Part shown: piece by piece, positions 63,673 through 64,000 of the stretch
Position numbering within the stretch: the stretch's first letter is position 1
How the letters are laid out: every line of letters begins with the position of its first letter
Origin: Escherichia phage vB_EcoM_R5505
Sequence record: MK373786.1
Direction: 5' to 3' (one strand)
DNA length: 64,000 bases
Program-made: the position numbers and the translations under genes
Notes under the pieces: model-generated
Databases searched by the model: none
Told to the model about the DNA's origin: nothing
Seen by the model: only the letters and a program-made list of their open reading frames with translations

Positions 63673-63952
63673 ATTGAATCACCTTCAGTTGACGTTTTAA
63701 TTCTTTTATCATTTCTTCGTTCATCGCAATATAAAGATCGCGTAAAGCAGGTTTTAGCATTCCATTTACTGGAGAACTAAATGGACATACATAATCTTTT
63801 CCTACAAGCTTTTTGGCAAATTCCATATCACAAAATTTAAATGCCGGCTCATTCGCATAAATTCCCCAATTAGTTGACATCATTTTATTGGCATATTCCA
63901 GTGCCTGGATTTGATTCATAATTCCATCGATTTGAAACTTTTTAATATTCAT
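63656..63952 (-). CDS. Hypothetical protein
   Basis: 98-aa ORF; TAATG coupling to a partial upstream ORF that runs off the window end. Confidence 0.5.
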   Translation of the reverse strand: MNIKKFQIDGIMNQIQALEYANKMMSTNWGIYANEPAFKFCDMEFAKKLVGKDYVCPFSSPVNGMLKPALRDLYIAMNEEMIKELKRQLKVIQFGQGN

Positions 63953-64000
63953 TAGTAAAGATCCTCAGAGTAAAGTTCTTTTTCACTACCACCACGTTCA

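Noticed and set aside
63952-64000. Partial minus-strand ORF running off the window end
   Set aside because: Only the last 16 codons are visible; not enough to call a feature.

Overview
This window reads as a 64-kb segment of a T4-like (T-even, Tequatrovirus-type) myovirus genome, colinear with phage T4 from the 3' end of gene 17 to the asiA/arn region. All identifications come from reading the six-frame translations and the DNA by eye against remembered T4 proteins; no searches were run.

Layout:
- Plus strand, late genes: 17(partial)-18-[HNH]-19-20-67-68-21-22-23-24, uvsW, 51-27-28-29-48-54, 34-35-36-37-38-t.
- Minus strand, mostly early/middle genes: rnlB, hoc, inh, uvsY, 25-26, alt paralogs, 30, rIII, 31, cd, pseT, alc, rnlA, denA, nrdB, nrdA, td, frd, 32, 59, 33, dsbA, rnh, asiA, arn, plus many small ORFs.
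- Regulatory signals are T4-typical: TATAAATA late promoters, MotA-box middle promoters, GTTTAC...TATAAT-type early promoters, GC-rich tetraloop hairpin terminators, frequent ATGA/TAATG start-stop overlaps.

It is not T4 itself. nrdB and td are uninterrupted ORFs, the nrdA-nrdB and inh-uvsW junctions are too short to hold an inserted gene, an HNH endonuclease gene sits between 18 and 19, a 119-aa ORF separates frd and td, and the gp37 tip differs.

I did not find a clear multi-gene defence or anti-defence system that I could call novel. The observations most worth follow-up are:
1. Two near-identical 53-bp early-promoter/stem-loop cassettes 15 kb apart, and four further early promoters with the same stem-loop architecture.
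2. A 119-aa ORF inserted with its own promoter-like sequence between frd and td.
3. A free-standing HNH gene between 18 and 19.
4. Tandem Alt-family ADP-ribosyltransferase paralogs behind a late promoter.
5. A codon-diverged tandem peptide repeat and His-box array at the gp37 tip.

Small ORFs are labelled by position only; their T4 names are not asserted.
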